This document shows, in pieces, positions 1 to 10,003 of a DNA stretch of 64,000 bases. The stretch comes from Thermoplasmatota archaeon. Lineage in GTDB: Archaea > Thermoplasmatota > E2 > UBA202 > JdFR-43. The first letter of the stretch is position 1; the number at the start of each line of letters is the position of its first letter. Under the pieces are notes generated by a model. The model did not search any database, was not told the DNA's origin, and saw nothing but the letters and a program-made list of their open reading frames with translations. The stretch lies in the NCBI GenBank assembly GCA_029259055.1, contig JAPDJP010000016.1:13019-77018 (forward strand), in the 5' to 3' direction. The position numbers and the translations under genes are program-made.

Positions 1-2430
1 AACGAAGTTTGTGTTTATTGGGTGTTTGGAGTGCCATTGGATATAGAAATTAAAGATTTGGAAACAAAAAAGATAATTGGTAAAAGAAAAATCAATATTT
101 CAACTCTTGTTACATCAAGAATGCCGTTGCTAATGGAAATGGCATATAAATATAAAGAAAGTTTGGAGGGAGAAGGGGCCACAATTCTAATGACATTGTT
201 TAGTGAGTTGTATACAGAAATGAGAGCACTTGCTCAATATGGAGGAATGAAAACAAAGGTACCCAACATCGTTGATAATAGATGGTTGCAATATGTTGCA
301 AACGCTGTTTTATTAATTCAGCAGTTTGCAGTTTTTAATAGCATAGACCCTGTTACCATTATATGCCTCTTTCATAATATGAAAGATTTTGCTGCACAAG
401 GATTCCCAGAGAAAGAAGGAATTAAAGGAGATATAGAAGATATTTATAAAAACCAAGCGGAAGAAGCGCTTGAAATATTTGGAAACATTGATAAATATTC
501 CTTCTTTTCAATAGATGAAGATCCAGCTGTCGTCAATAAAACAAAAGAAAAAGTGAGTAAACCAAAATCAGAAAGAATGAACATAACGAGGTTAGCTGAA
601 GATTTATTATTTAATACAACCTATACTTATTATTATGTAAATAAAAGCGGAGATAAATGGGAAAATAAAACATTTCATGAATTCAGAGGTTATTGTTTTG
701 AAGAAAATGAAAAAAACTGGACATATGTTTCCCCTCCCTATTATATATATAAAAATGAATCAACCGGAGAGACTTTTCAATCACCATCTTATGAAGGAAA
801 ATGTATTATAAGAAATGGAAAATATTATGTCTATATTCCGCCAGATAATCAGTATAAAAGAGAGAAGATAAATAAGCTAAGTGATACTGTTCTGTCCCAG
901 TTGAGTAAAATAATAAATGAAACTTATTATGCAACTTTTGCTACCACCATAAATCGCCAAACTATATCAACATATTGGGAAGAAGGAGATCCAACAAAAG
1001 ATCCTTACTGGAATGAAGAAGAATCAACAACAGACTGGCGGTATATAAATGCTACTAAAGAAACAGAAGTACTTGAAAATGGAGATGTTATTTTACACTT
1101 CCCATATACAGAAACTTGGGTTGTTATATGGCATAAGAAGCACATATTTGTGCATAAGGAAAAAGAACCCGTTGTTGATGAAAATGGAAAAATTATTGGA
1201 TGGAAATGGGTAGTTAAGGAGAGAGAAACATTTATAGAAGTGAAGGAAGAAAGAGTAAAGTTCAAAATTTCAGTAATAACTACTGAAGATGTGATAAAGC
1301 CATTTAATATTACAAACATAACTTTATTTGTAAATAATATTTCCAATACATTTATTGATTACAATCTTCATAACATATCGAAAGATTTTGTTAAAGATTT
1401 CGTCACAAAAATAAGAGATAAAGGATTAAAAAATGAGATAAGTTGGGATATTACTACAAAAGGGAGAGGTATTACAAAAGGTAAAAATAAATATGCTATG
1501 AAATGGTTGTATGGTTTTGAGGGAGAAGTCGCAAAAGCATTAAAAGAAATTTATGAAGAAATTAAAAAAGATAATATTAGCGTAAAAATAACCGAAGAAT
1601 ACCAATATAGAAAGAAAGATTATGATGAAACGATAGAAAATCATATTGAACAACTTAAAAGAAAATTTTTAGAAAAAAAAGATAGATATATTGATAAGGA
1701 GAGATATAAGTTGGGAGATAAATATAAGAGCTGTGGAGCAAGAGTAATTGCAAAAATGAGAGCTTGGTATGTAAATACTTTATGGGAGATGCTTAATGAA
1801 TCAAAAGAGAAATTAAAGAAAAGTGTGGAAGATAATGTTACAAAAGCATTAGAAAAAAGGAATTTAGATAAGAGTTTATTTGAGAAGAGAAAAGAAGCGA
1901 AGGAATTAAATTTAGACATAAGCAATTTGCTACCATCATTACAATTTGGTTTAAATATGCCTCTTAAAAGGAATGAAACAATAGAGGAATGGGCTGGTTT
2001 TTCTATTGACCAAAAGCCAGATTATTTTAATTATAGAGAATCTGAAAAAGATTTATATCGTTTTAAAGTAAAAAATATTTGTTTGTTTGGTCCAACTGGC
2101 TTGCCACTCCTTCCAACACCGATTACTCCTTGGGTTATTACTATCAATGCATGGTATATAGAAGTAGAGGGAGAATATGAAGAATTTGAGATTACAGATA
2201 CAATTGGTGAGATGGTGCCACATGCATTATTTGGAGATGCAGAAACAAGCTTTGTATTGAGAAAGCATTCTATAGAAGATGAAATATGCTCTGGAGAAAC
2301 TATAGGGGATTGTGAACCTCTAGAATTTAAAATAAAAACTGTTAGTGTATGCATAACACCTCCCGGTTTTGTTGGAGATATTGATACTTATAGTTATACA
2401 AAAGAGCCTTTGGGACAAGGAGGAGGATAA
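1..2430 (+). CDS. Large hypothetical protein, probably 5'-truncated by the window edge; C-terminus resembles haloarchaeal DUF7286-like proteins
   Basis: Open frame of at least 802 aa. C-terminal GLPLLPTPITPWVITINAWYIEVEGEY resembles, from memory, the GLPxxPxP..W..TxNxW.V.V.G.Y motif of large archaeal proteins found in pilin-like loci. Confidence 0.5.
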   Translation, partial: NEVCVYWVFGVPLDIEIKDLETKKIIGKRKINISTLVTSRMPLLMEMAYKYKESLEGEGATILMTLFSELYTEMRALAQYGGMKTKVPNIVDNRWLQYVANAVLLIQQFAVFNSIDPVTIICLFHNMKDFAAQGFPEKEGIKGDIEDIYKNQAEEALEIFGNIDKYSFFSIDEDPAVVNKTKEKVSKPKSERMNITRLAEDLLFNTTYTYYYVNKSGDKWENKTFHEFRGYCFEENEKNWTYVSPPYYIYKNESTGETFQSPSYEGKCIIRNGKYYVYIPPDNQYKREKINKLSDTVLSQLSKIINETYYATFATTINRQTISTYWEEGDPTKDPYWNEEESTTDWRYINATKETEVLENGDVILHFPYTETWVVIWHKKHIFVHKEKEPVVDENGKIIGWKWVVKERETFIEVKEERVKFKISVITTEDVIKPFNITNITLFVNNISNTFIDYNLHNISKDFVKDFVTKIRDKGLKNEISWDITTKGRGITKGKNKYAMKWLYGFEGEVAKALKEIYEEIKKDNISVKITEEYQYRKKDYDETIENHIEQLKRKFLEKKDRYIDKERYKLGDKYKSCGARVIAKMRAWYVNTLWEMLNESKEKLKKSVEDNVTKALEKRNLDKSLFEKRKEAKELNLDISNLLPSLQFGLNMPLKRNETIEEWAGFSIDQKPDYFNYRESEKDLYRFKVKNICLFGPTGLPLLPTPITPWVITINAWYIEVEGEYEEFEITDTIGEMVPHALFGDAETSFVLRKHSIEDEICSGETIGDCEPLEFKIKTVSVCITPPGFVGDIDTYSYTKEPLGQGGG

Positions 2431-2431
2431 A

Positions 2432-2974
2432 TTGAGGTTTTTTTGGATTATAATTTTAATGTTGTTAAATTTCGGGATGGCAAAAGCTTGGGAATGTGAA
2501 TATGGAGAAGCAAAAGCATGGGTGAAATTATATGGAGAGAAAGAATGGAAAGAAGCAATTGTAAAGGGAATTACATTAAAAGTAAAAGAACCCTTCGAAA
2601 TAAAAATATTTATAAGAACAAAAATAGATTGTTGGGTTGCTTTCGAACTTTATGAGCCAGGAAAAACGAGAGCATATGAAGCAATAAAAGGGGGAGAATT
2701 AGAACGTTTTTATAATACTCAAGATCTGCCAGCAAATTGGACAAATACATACTATTTCAAAGTAAGACCTACTGGAAATTGGACAAGAGGGACGGCGCCC
2801 TTAAATCTTTTTGTCCAATTTACTAAAAGTATGGAGGATTATAAAACTATACATAAAACAGTAATATATGCATATATATCCCCAGAAAAATGGGAGGGGA
2901 AAAAAGAAATACCGGGATTTGAAGCAATATTTATAATTTTGCTTTTATTGTTTTTAGGTTATAAAAATGAATAA
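2432..2974 (+). CDS. Sarcinarray/MAST-domain-like surface protein with PGF-CTERM sorting signal
   Basis: TTG start at 2432 after GGAGGAGG; signal peptide; LKVKEPF..VRPTGNWTRGTAPLN pattern; C-terminal IPGFE + hydrophobic helix. Confidence 0.7.
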   Translation: MRFFWIIILMLLNFGMAKAWECEYGEAKAWVKLYGEKEWKEAIVKGITLKVKEPFEIKIFIRTKIDCWVAFELYEPGKTRAYEAIKGGELERFYNTQDLPANWTNTYYFKVRPTGNWTRGTAPLNLFVQFTKSMEDYKTIHKTVIYAYISPEKWEGKKEIPGFEAIFIILLLLFLGYKNE

Positions 2975-3830
2975 AGAAGGAGCAACATTTATTCCTATAC
3001 GCCTGTTAATGAGTATTGTAGTTATAGCTGTCATTTCCATGTTATTATATACAGGAATAAAGAATTGGATGATTATCTCCGCAGAAAATAATGTTCAAGA
3101 ACAAATAGGAGAACTTGTAGCAATGTTTCAAGAAATGATTAGTGGCAGTGCAAGAGATGTTTTGTATGAAAATTTTAAGATACAAAGCGGAGAGGTAAGA
3201 ACATTTACCTTTAATTTACCATCCTCTCTTATATATTTAGGAATAGGTACAGACCCAGATCCAGACAATGATGGTAAATTGGAGAGAGGAATAATGGAAG
3301 ATGGAAAAGTTATTGTATATAGAATTGGGAAAGGAAGCAAAAAATTTTATTGGCTTAATATAAAAATAAGGCTGGGAAAATACGAAGAAGGAAACTGGAT
3401 AATAAAAAAACCCGCAGAAGGCTTAATATTAACTAAAGGAAAATATAAAATATCTTTTGAATTGGTAGAATATCATTATGAAAAATATATACTTATACAT
3501 GCAAATAATTCCGAATCGATACCATATTTAGATACCAACCCTCCAATAATAAATATAAAGGAGCCAAAAAATGGTGAATATCCATATGGAGATATTTGCC
3601 TCAAATGGTTTGTATATGATGAAAAGGGTATAGAATCAATTAAAATTGTTTATAAAAACGAAACAACAGATTGGATTTTATTGGAAGAAAGGCAGGAATG
3701 GGAAAGCTGGGAATATACAATTGAGAAAGAGAAAATGATTGGCAATGAAAAGTATTGGATAAGGGTCATTGCAAAAGATAAAGGAGGCAACACCGCTTAT
3801 GATGAAATTGAAATTTTTCTTAAAATATAG
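2967..3830 (+). CDS. Pilin-like protein (class III signal-like N-terminus) with C-terminal Ig-like domain
   Basis: MNKEG|ATFIPIRLLMSIVVIAVI prepilin-like leader; DTNPP..IAKDKGGN Ig-like tail. Confidence 0.55.
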   Translation: MNKEGATFIPIRLLMSIVVIAVISMLLYTGIKNWMIISAENNVQEQIGELVAMFQEMISGSARDVLYENFKIQSGEVRTFTFNLPSSLIYLGIGTDPDPDNDGKLERGIMEDGKVIVYRIGKGSKKFYWLNIKIRLGKYEEGNWIIKKPAEGLILTKGKYKISFELVEYHYEKYILIHANNSESIPYLDTNPPIINIKEPKNGEYPYGDICLKWFVYDEKGIESIKIVYKNETTDWILLEERQEWESWEYTIEKEKMIGNEKYWIRVIAKDKGGNTAYDEIEIFLKI

Positions 3831-3902
3831 CGGGGCGTGGATTTGAACCACGGATCTTCGGGTTATGAGCCCGACGGGTTTTCCTGACTACCCCACCCCG
3901 CT
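3828..3902 (-). tRNA. tRNA-iMet (CAT), initiator
   Basis: Reverse complement AGCGGGGTGGGGTAG...GGGCTCATAACCC...GGTTCAAATCCACGCCCCGCTA; A1-U72 pair and three G-C pairs in the anticodon stem. Confidence 0.95.
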
Positions 3903-3976
3903 ATCTGCTATTATAATGGCATTGTAATTTAAACTTTACTATCAGAAGTTTTAAAACATCCTTATAATTTTATTCT

Positions 3977-5066
3977 ATGCAATATTATGCAACAGTTCCA
4001 ATGGGATTAGAAGAGATAGCAGCTGAAGAAATAAGAGAATTTGGAGGAAAAATATATGAAATAAGAAAAGGGAGAGGGAGAATATTTTTTGAAGGAGAGT
4101 TGGAGCTTATTCCGAAAATAAACTTTTTTCGGTAGAACTATAGAAAGGCTGATGATATTATTGGAAAGTAAAAAATTTTCTAATTTAGAAGAGATATATA
4201 AAATTGTAAAGCAAATAGATTTTGATTTCATAAAACCTGAACAATCTTTTGCAATAAGGGCATTAAGAGTAGGAGAACATGATTTTACATCAATAGATAT
4301 AGGTAGAGTGGCGGGGCAGGCGGTTATAGATTCCTATAAAGAAAGTAAAGGAATAAGGTTAAAAGTTAATTTAGACGAGCCAGATGTAATAATAAGGACA
4401 GATGTAATTCATAATGAGCTATATGTTGGTATCGATACCACAGGAGATGATGCGCTACATAAGAGATGGTATAGAGTTTATAATCATCCAGCTCCTCTTA
4501 ATTCTGCTATTGCATCCTGCATGATTAGGTTGGCAAATTGGAATAAAAATAAAAGTTTATTTGACCCGATGTGTGGTGGAGGAACTATTCCTATTGAAGC
4601 TGCTTTAAAGGAAAGAAATATTCCAATAGGGAAAAATAGAGAATTTGCATATTTTAAGTTATATGGGAAGATTTTGCCATATATAGAAGAAAATAGAGAA
4701 TTCATGGAAATATATGGGATGGATAAATTTAAAAAACATGTTAATGGCGCTATTAGAAATGCTGAGTCTGCGGGAGTGAAAGATACAATAAATTTTTTTC
4801 AAGGAGATGCCACGCTCAAAAAATTGGAAGCGGATATAATTATAACAAATCCTCCATATGGATTGAGAATCGGGAGTAAAAGAATTTTGAAGGATTTATA
4901 TAGCAAATTTGTTGAAAATTTATTTGCTGATAAAATCGTTGTTATAACCGCAGAATACAAAATTTTTGAGAGCTTCTTAGAGAATCATTATTATGATTAT
5001 TATAAGATACCAGTTAAATATGGAAACTTAGATGCAAGGATTTTTGTGGTGGGTAAATTAAAATAA
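3977..5066 (+). CDS. trm14: tRNA m2G6 methyltransferase Trm14 (THUMP + Rossmann MTase), split by a +1 frameshift near 4124-4130
   Basis: ATG 3977 MQYYATVPMGLEEIAAEEI..PKINFF stops at TAG 4133; the +1 frame continues GRTIERLMILL; DPMCGGGT and TNPPYG motifs. Confidence 0.85.
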
Positions 5067-5081
5067 GGGAATAATATAAAA

Positions 5082-5474
5082 ATGATGAAAGTAAGAATTA
5101 GCGCTACTATACCAGAAGACATTATAAAAAAATTTGATGAGATTTGCAATGAATTAAATTATAAAAATAGAAGCAATGCAATTTCTCAAGCTTTATATGA
5201 ATTTATAATAGCAAATAAATGGACAAAACAGGAAGGTAAAATAGCTGGAGCCATATTAATTACATATCCTCATAAAGAGAGCGAAAATTTAACAGAAATT
5301 CAGCATGATTATAATGATATAATAAATGCAAGCATGCACATTCATTTAAGCAAGGAACAGTGTCTTGAAATAATTGCGGTAAATGGAGAAGCAAAAAGGG
5401 TTAGACAATTATTTAAGAAACTGAGAGGATTAAAAAATATCTTATCAGCTAAGATAGTTACATCTGCCTACTAA
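5082..5474 (+). CDS. nikR: Nickel-responsive regulator NikR (RHH + ACT-like)
   Basis: RISATIP..NRSNAI N-terminus; H..MHIHL...CLE metal-binding motif. Confidence 0.85.
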   Translation: MMKVRISATIPEDIIKKFDEICNELNYKNRSNAISQALYEFIIANKWTKQEGKIAGAILITYPHKESENLTEIQHDYNDIINASMHIHLSKEQCLEIIAVNGEAKRVRQLFKKLRGLKNILSAKIVTSAY

Positions 5475-5490
5475 AATTTTAAATCACAAA

Positions 5491-5967
5491 ATGGATAAGA
5501 AAATTATGCTAGAAAAGATTGCGAATTTATTGAAAGAAAAAAAGATTTGGATTGCAACAGCTGAATCTTGTACAGGAGGATTGATAGGGCATATGCTTAC
5601 CAATATACCAGGAAGTTCCGAATATTATAAAGGAGGCGTTGTTGCTTATAGCAATGAAATAAAGATAAAAGTTCTCGGAGTTAAAGAAGAAACCTTAAAA
5701 AAGTATGGAGCTGTCTCCGAACAGACAGCAAAAGAAATGGCTATAGGAATAAAAAATTTGATGGACGTTGATATAGGAATATCAACAACTGGCATAGCGG
5801 GGCCTGGTGGAGCAACGCCAACAAAACCAGTGGGTCTTGTATATGTTGGGCTGGCGGGGGAGGAAGTCGAAGCAAGAAAATTTTTGTTTAGTGGAAATAG
5901 ATTACAAAATAAGGAAAATTTTGCTAAATCAGCTTTAAATATGCTTTTGGAATATCTTGAAAGATGA
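5491..5967 (+). CDS. CinA C-terminal domain / NMN deamidase PncC family
   Basis: ATAESCTGG, GSS.YY.GG, GAVSE, TGIAGPGG motifs. Confidence 0.9.
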   Translation: MDKKIMLEKIANLLKEKKIWIATAESCTGGLIGHMLTNIPGSSEYYKGGVVAYSNEIKIKVLGVKEETLKKYGAVSEQTAKEMAIGIKNLMDVDIGISTTGIAGPGGATPTKPVGLVYVGLAGEEVEARKFLFSGNRLQNKENFAKSALNMLLEYLER

Positions 5968-6971
5968 TTGAAATAGATGGCAGTTATGGTGAAGGAGGAG
6001 GACAAATTTTAAGGATGAGTATTGCATTGGCAGCATTAACAAAAAAGCCGGTTAAAGTTTTTAATATAAGGGCGAACCGCCCCAATCCTGGATTAAGAAG
6101 ACAACATATGACAGCAATAGAAGCGGTCGCAAAAATATGTAATGCAAAGACTAAAGGATTGCATGTCGGTTCAAGCGTGATAGAATTTCATCCTGGAGAA
6201 TTAACGGGAGGAATATATAAATTTGATGTGGGAACAGCTGGAAGTATAACCCTTGTTTTGCAGGCTTGTTTATTGCCTTCCATATTTGCTGAAAAAGAAA
6301 CGAATTTGAGGATAAAGGGAGGAACAGATGTTAAATGGGCTCCTCCTTGGGACTATTTTAAGAATGTTTTTATTCCATTGTTAAAAAAGATGGGTATAGA
6401 GATTGAAGCAAACTTGATAAGGAGAGGATATTATCCAGTTGGGAATGGTGAGGTGGAAGTAAAAATTAAACCTTGTAAAAAAATAAAGAAATTGGAATTT
6501 AAGGAAGAAATTAATAAAATAGAGGGGGTAGTTAATATAGCGAATTTGCCTATAGATATAGCAAGAAGAATAAAAAAGAGTGCAGAAAATAAACTTACAG
6601 CATTAAAAGAGACGGAAATAAGAATAGAAAATGCGAAGGCAGATTGTCCAGGTGTTGGTATAGTTTTATGGACAAAAGAAAAGATTTTGGGGGCAGATTC
6701 ATTAGGTGAAAAAGGAAAACCAGCAGAAAAAGTTGGGGAGGAATGCGCCCAAAAACTTATAGAAGAAATAGAAGCAGATGTTGATTTAGACGAAAAAGCT
6801 GTTGATCAGCTATTGCCTTATTTTGCTGTTTCTAGCGAAGAAAGCGTGTTTAAATGCAGACAAATAAGTAAGCATGCTGAAACGGAAATATGGCTTATTA
6901 AAAAATTTATTAATACTGAATTTGAAATAAAGGAAGATAAAGTTTATGAAGTAAAAGTTATTCCTCAATGA
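5964..6971 (+). CDS. rtcA: RNA 3'-terminal phosphate cyclase
   Basis: IEIDGSYGEGGGQILR, RPNPGL..QH, GGTDV, RRGYYP, DQLLP..HAET. Confidence 0.95.
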   Translation: MIEIDGSYGEGGGQILRMSIALAALTKKPVKVFNIRANRPNPGLRRQHMTAIEAVAKICNAKTKGLHVGSSVIEFHPGELTGGIYKFDVGTAGSITLVLQACLLPSIFAEKETNLRIKGGTDVKWAPPWDYFKNVFIPLLKKMGIEIEANLIRRGYYPVGNGEVEVKIKPCKKIKKLEFKEEINKIEGVVNIANLPIDIARRIKKSAENKLTALKETEIRIENAKADCPGVGIVLWTKEKILGADSLGEKGKPAEKVGEECAQKLIEEIEADVDLDEKAVDQLLPYFAVSSEESVFKCRQISKHAETEIWLIKKFINTEFEIKEDKVYEVKVIPQ

Positions 6972-7696
6972 TGAAGATTGCGCATATTTCAGATTTGCAT
7001 ATAACAGGAAGCAATTTTGTTAAGGAATGGGGAGAAAATTTAATAAAAATTTTAAATGAAATAAAGCCAGATATTGTCGTTATTACAGGAGATTTAACAG
7101 ATGATGGTTATATTCATGAATATGAAATAGTCAGAAATTATTTAAAAAGAATAAAAGCTGAAAAGCTTATTGTTCCTGGAAATCATGATGCAAGAAATAA
7201 AGGATATGAAATTTTTGAAGAAATTTTTGGCACTCGCTACCCCTTTTATGAAGATGATGAATTGTGCATTTTGGGAATTGATTCAAGTGAGCCGGATGTT
7301 GATGATGGGCATATAGGAAGGGAAAATTACCCATTGATAAAGAAGAAACTGGAAAATGAAAAAATAAAAATAAAATTAATGGCCTTACACCATCATCTCA
7401 TTCCTATTCCAGGAACTGGAAGAGAAAGAAATATACCAATAGATGCTGGCGATGTATTAAATTTATGCATCAAATTAGATATAAGATTGGTTTTATCTGG
7501 ACATAAACATCTGCCATGGATTTGGAAATTACAGAATACATATTTTGTTACTGCTGGCACAGCATGCTCTCGCCGTCTCAAAGGAAAATCATATCCATCT
7601 TTTAATTTCATCGAAATAGATGAAGGAATAAGAATTAAAGAAATAAATGTTGTTAATGGAGAAAGAAAAGAAAAATTATATTCCAAGTTGTATTAA
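6968..7696 (+). CDS. Calcineurin-like metallophosphoesterase
   Basis: SDLH, TGDLTD, PGNHD, HHH, GHKH motifs. Confidence 0.9.
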   Translation: MMKIAHISDLHITGSNFVKEWGENLIKILNEIKPDIVVITGDLTDDGYIHEYEIVRNYLKRIKAEKLIVPGNHDARNKGYEIFEEIFGTRYPFYEDDELCILGIDSSEPDVDDGHIGRENYPLIKKKLENEKIKIKLMALHHHLIPIPGTGRERNIPIDAGDVLNLCIKLDIRLVLSGHKHLPWIWKLQNTYFVTAGTACSRRLKGKSYPSFNFIEIDEGIRIKEINVVNGERKEKLYSKLY

Positions 7697-7861
7697 AATC
7701 AGAATTATTAGGAAAAAAAGAGCTGCATACATTATATAAATGTACATTTTTCTTTTTTTAATAAAATTTTCATATTCCTTCTTGCATTTCTCGCTACATA
7801 CTATTTCTCCATATTTTATTGCTTTTCCACATATCTGGCAATGACTATGAGGGGGAATCAT
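7676..7861 (-). CDS. DUF2116 Zn-ribbon membrane protein
   Basis: PPHSHCQICGKAI..CSEKC followed by a C-terminal TM helix. Confidence 0.85.
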   Translation of the reverse strand: MIPPHSHCQICGKAIKYGEIVCSEKCKKEYENFIKKRKMYIYIMYAALFFLIILILIQLGI

Positions 7862-8508
7862 GTTATCACTATTGTGCCATTAAACTTCTTCCCATATATA
7901 GCATTTTCTAATTCTTGCAAATTGCTCCCATTCAAAACAACCGTTTTTATCTTTTCTTTCCCTATTATTCTACATGCTATTGAATCAACAACAACATTTT
8001 CTCCCGCCCTCCATTTTCTTCCTACAATTTTCTTTAAATCCTCGATTTTTATTTTATCGAGTTTTTTAGCATCTCTATATTTTTTTGGGTCTTTATCATA
8101 AATGCCATCAACATTTGTTGCGATAATGAGTAAATCAGCTTTTACCTGTTTAGCAAGCATTGCCGCAACAGCATCGGTTGAATGACCAGGCGTTGTACCG
8201 CCCATTATTACAGGCGGGGCCATTTTGCTGGCTGTTTCAATTGTACATGGAATTTTTCTTTTAAAAAAGGAGTTAAGGAGCAATGCATTCAAACGAGTTG
8301 CCATTATTCCCAATTTATCTAAATATGCCTCATCCTTGCAAAATTTTCTTGCCGTATTTATATATCCTCTGGCTGTTTTCCCTCCCCCAACAACAATATA
8401 TAAATCAATATTTTTCGATACTCTTTTAATGAATCCCGCTAACTCTTCTATAAATTCGGGCTTTTCTAAAGAAATTAAAGAGCCACCCAATGAAATAACC
8501 ACTTTCAT
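7858..8508 (-). CDS. pyrH: UMP kinase
   Basis: SLGGS, VVGGGKTAR, GGTTPGHSTDAVA, NVDGIYDKDP. Confidence 0.95.
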   Translation of the reverse strand: MKVVISLGGSLISLEKPEFIEELAGFIKRVSKNIDLYIVVGGGKTARGYINTARKFCKDEAYLDKLGIMATRLNALLLNSFFKRKIPCTIETASKMAPPVIMGGTTPGHSTDAVAAMLAKQVKADLLIIATNVDGIYDKDPKKYRDAKKLDKIKIEDLKKIVGRKWRAGENVVVDSIACRIIGKEKIKTVVLNGSNLQELENAIYGKKFNGTIVIT

Positions 8509-8563
8509 AAAAGTTATAAAAATTTTTAATAAAAAGTTTTAAGATGATTTTTTATATCCATTC

Positions 8564-8857
8564 ATGCGAAAATATTCCATAAAAAGGGGACATAATCCAG
8601 ATTTAGATGCATTGATTAAAAAATATTTTGGTGTTGTAGGAGATGTTGAGAAAGGTGTAGAATTTTATGCTGAAGGAATCGGGAAAATTTATATGAAAAA
8701 AGAAGGGAAAAATTTAATTGTAGATATAATCCCTCCAGAAAAAGTTGAGGCAAGTTATGAAATAATAAAGAAATGGAATGAATTTTTATTTGAAGCAACA
8801 GGCAGAACCGCCAAGGAAAGAAAAAAATTAATGGAGAAGGAAGTAATGGGAAAATGA
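8564..8857 (+). CDS. Conserved archaeal hypothetical protein (DUF5611-like)
   Basis: MRKYSIKRG N-terminus; WNEFLFEATGRTAKERKK C-terminus. Confidence 0.7.
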   Translation: MRKYSIKRGHNPDLDALIKKYFGVVGDVEKGVEFYAEGIGKIYMKKEGKNLIVDIIPPEKVEASYEIIKKWNEFLFEATGRTAKERKKLMEKEVMGK

Positions 8858-9258
8858 AGGCTTTGTTATGCATCATTGTAATAATATTATGGGGATTATG
8901 GGCATTTTTATTTAAATTAGGAGCGGATGAAATAGGAATAAAAAAGGCCATATTCTATGCTTATTTGGCAGGTATAATTTTTAGTTTTGCCATAATATCC
9001 TACCTATTTCCTAAAAAACTCGAAATTAATAAAGGAGTTCTATTAATAATTCTAGCAACAGTTGTTGGTTTTTCGGGTACTATAATTTGGTATTTTATTT
9101 TACAAAAGTATAAAGCAAGTATAATAGTTTCGTTTACGGCTTTATACCCTGTTGTTACTGTTTTATTGAGTATTTTAATACTAAAAGAAAAATTATCGTT
9201 ACCCAATGCAATAGGAATAATTCTTGCAATAATAGCTGGCATTTTATTATCCATATAA
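8854..9258 (+). CDS. EamA/DMT family small transporter
   Basis: About 5 TM helices; WGLWAFLFK and ALYPVVTVLLS.LILKE. Confidence 0.85.
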   Translation: MKALLCIIVIILWGLWAFLFKLGADEIGIKKAIFYAYLAGIIFSFAIISYLFPKKLEINKGVLLIILATVVGFSGTIIWYFILQKYKASIIVSFTALYPVVTVLLSILILKEKLSLPNAIGIILAIIAGILLSI

Positions 9259-9750
9259 TTTTATCAGATGTTCCACCAATATTTTAATTCCAATTGCAAT
9301 CAAAATAATCCCACCCACCATTTTACTTATTCCAATTCTTTTTGAAATGGAAAAACCGAGCAAACAGATAAAAAATGTTATTATGCCTATTATTAAAGCG
9401 GGGAGAAAAATCGCAATACCGATAAAAGATAAAGTTATGCCAACAGCAAATGCATCTATACTTGTTGCTATAGAGAGCAATATAATATTTATAGATTTGA
9501 AATCTTCGGATTCATAAATCATTTTTATGCCAATAACTGATAAAATAATAAAAGCAATCCAATGGTCTATGGAAGCAATGAATTTTTTTAATTCAATACC
9601 AATAAACCATCCAATTATCGGCATTATTGCTTGGAAACTTCCAAAAGAGAAGGATGCTTTAAAAACATATCTTTTATCTATAGCCATAGAAACAGCAAAT
9701 GCATCCATTGAAAGAGCTATTGCGATTGCTATCATTGATAGCAAATCCAT
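9247..9750 (-). CDS. mntP: Manganese efflux pump MntP family
   Basis: Duplicated ALSMDAFAVS / ATSIDAFAVG motifs. Confidence 0.9.
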   Translation of the reverse strand: MDLLSMIAIAIALSMDAFAVSMAIDKRYVFKASFSFGSFQAIMPIIGWFIGIELKKFIASIDHWIAFIILSVIGIKMIYESEDFKSINIILLSIATSIDAFAVGITLSFIGIAIFLPALIIGIITFFICLLGFSISKRIGISKMVGGIILIAIGIKILVEHLIKLYG

Positions 9751-9778
9751 ATAATGTATTTCATTATTATATTAATAA

Positions 9779-10003
9779 ATGTCACTAATTGAAATTTTGA
9801 ATAAACTCAAATGGCATGAAAAATACGATTTTAATAAAGTTATAATATGGTATATAAATAGACCTGATGGAGTAAATTGCATAAGAGGGGAGCAAATAAA
9901 GAAAATTGGCAAAAAATTTTTAGAAACAGAAGGTAAATACATACCATATCACAGAATAATAAAAATTGAATATGAGGGAGAAATAATTTATAAGAAATCC
10001 TAA
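9779..10003 (+). CDS. DUF504/MJ1316-type small protein
   Basis: EILNKLKW..Y.NR..IPYHRI motif. Confidence 0.8.
   Translation: MSLIEILNKLKWHEKYDFNKVIIWYINRPDGVNCIRGEQIKKIGKKFLETEGKYIPYHRIIKIEYEGEIIYKKS

Noticed and set aside
9751-9778. yybP-ykoY Mn riboswitch before mntP
   Set aside because: Only 28 nt between divergent genes
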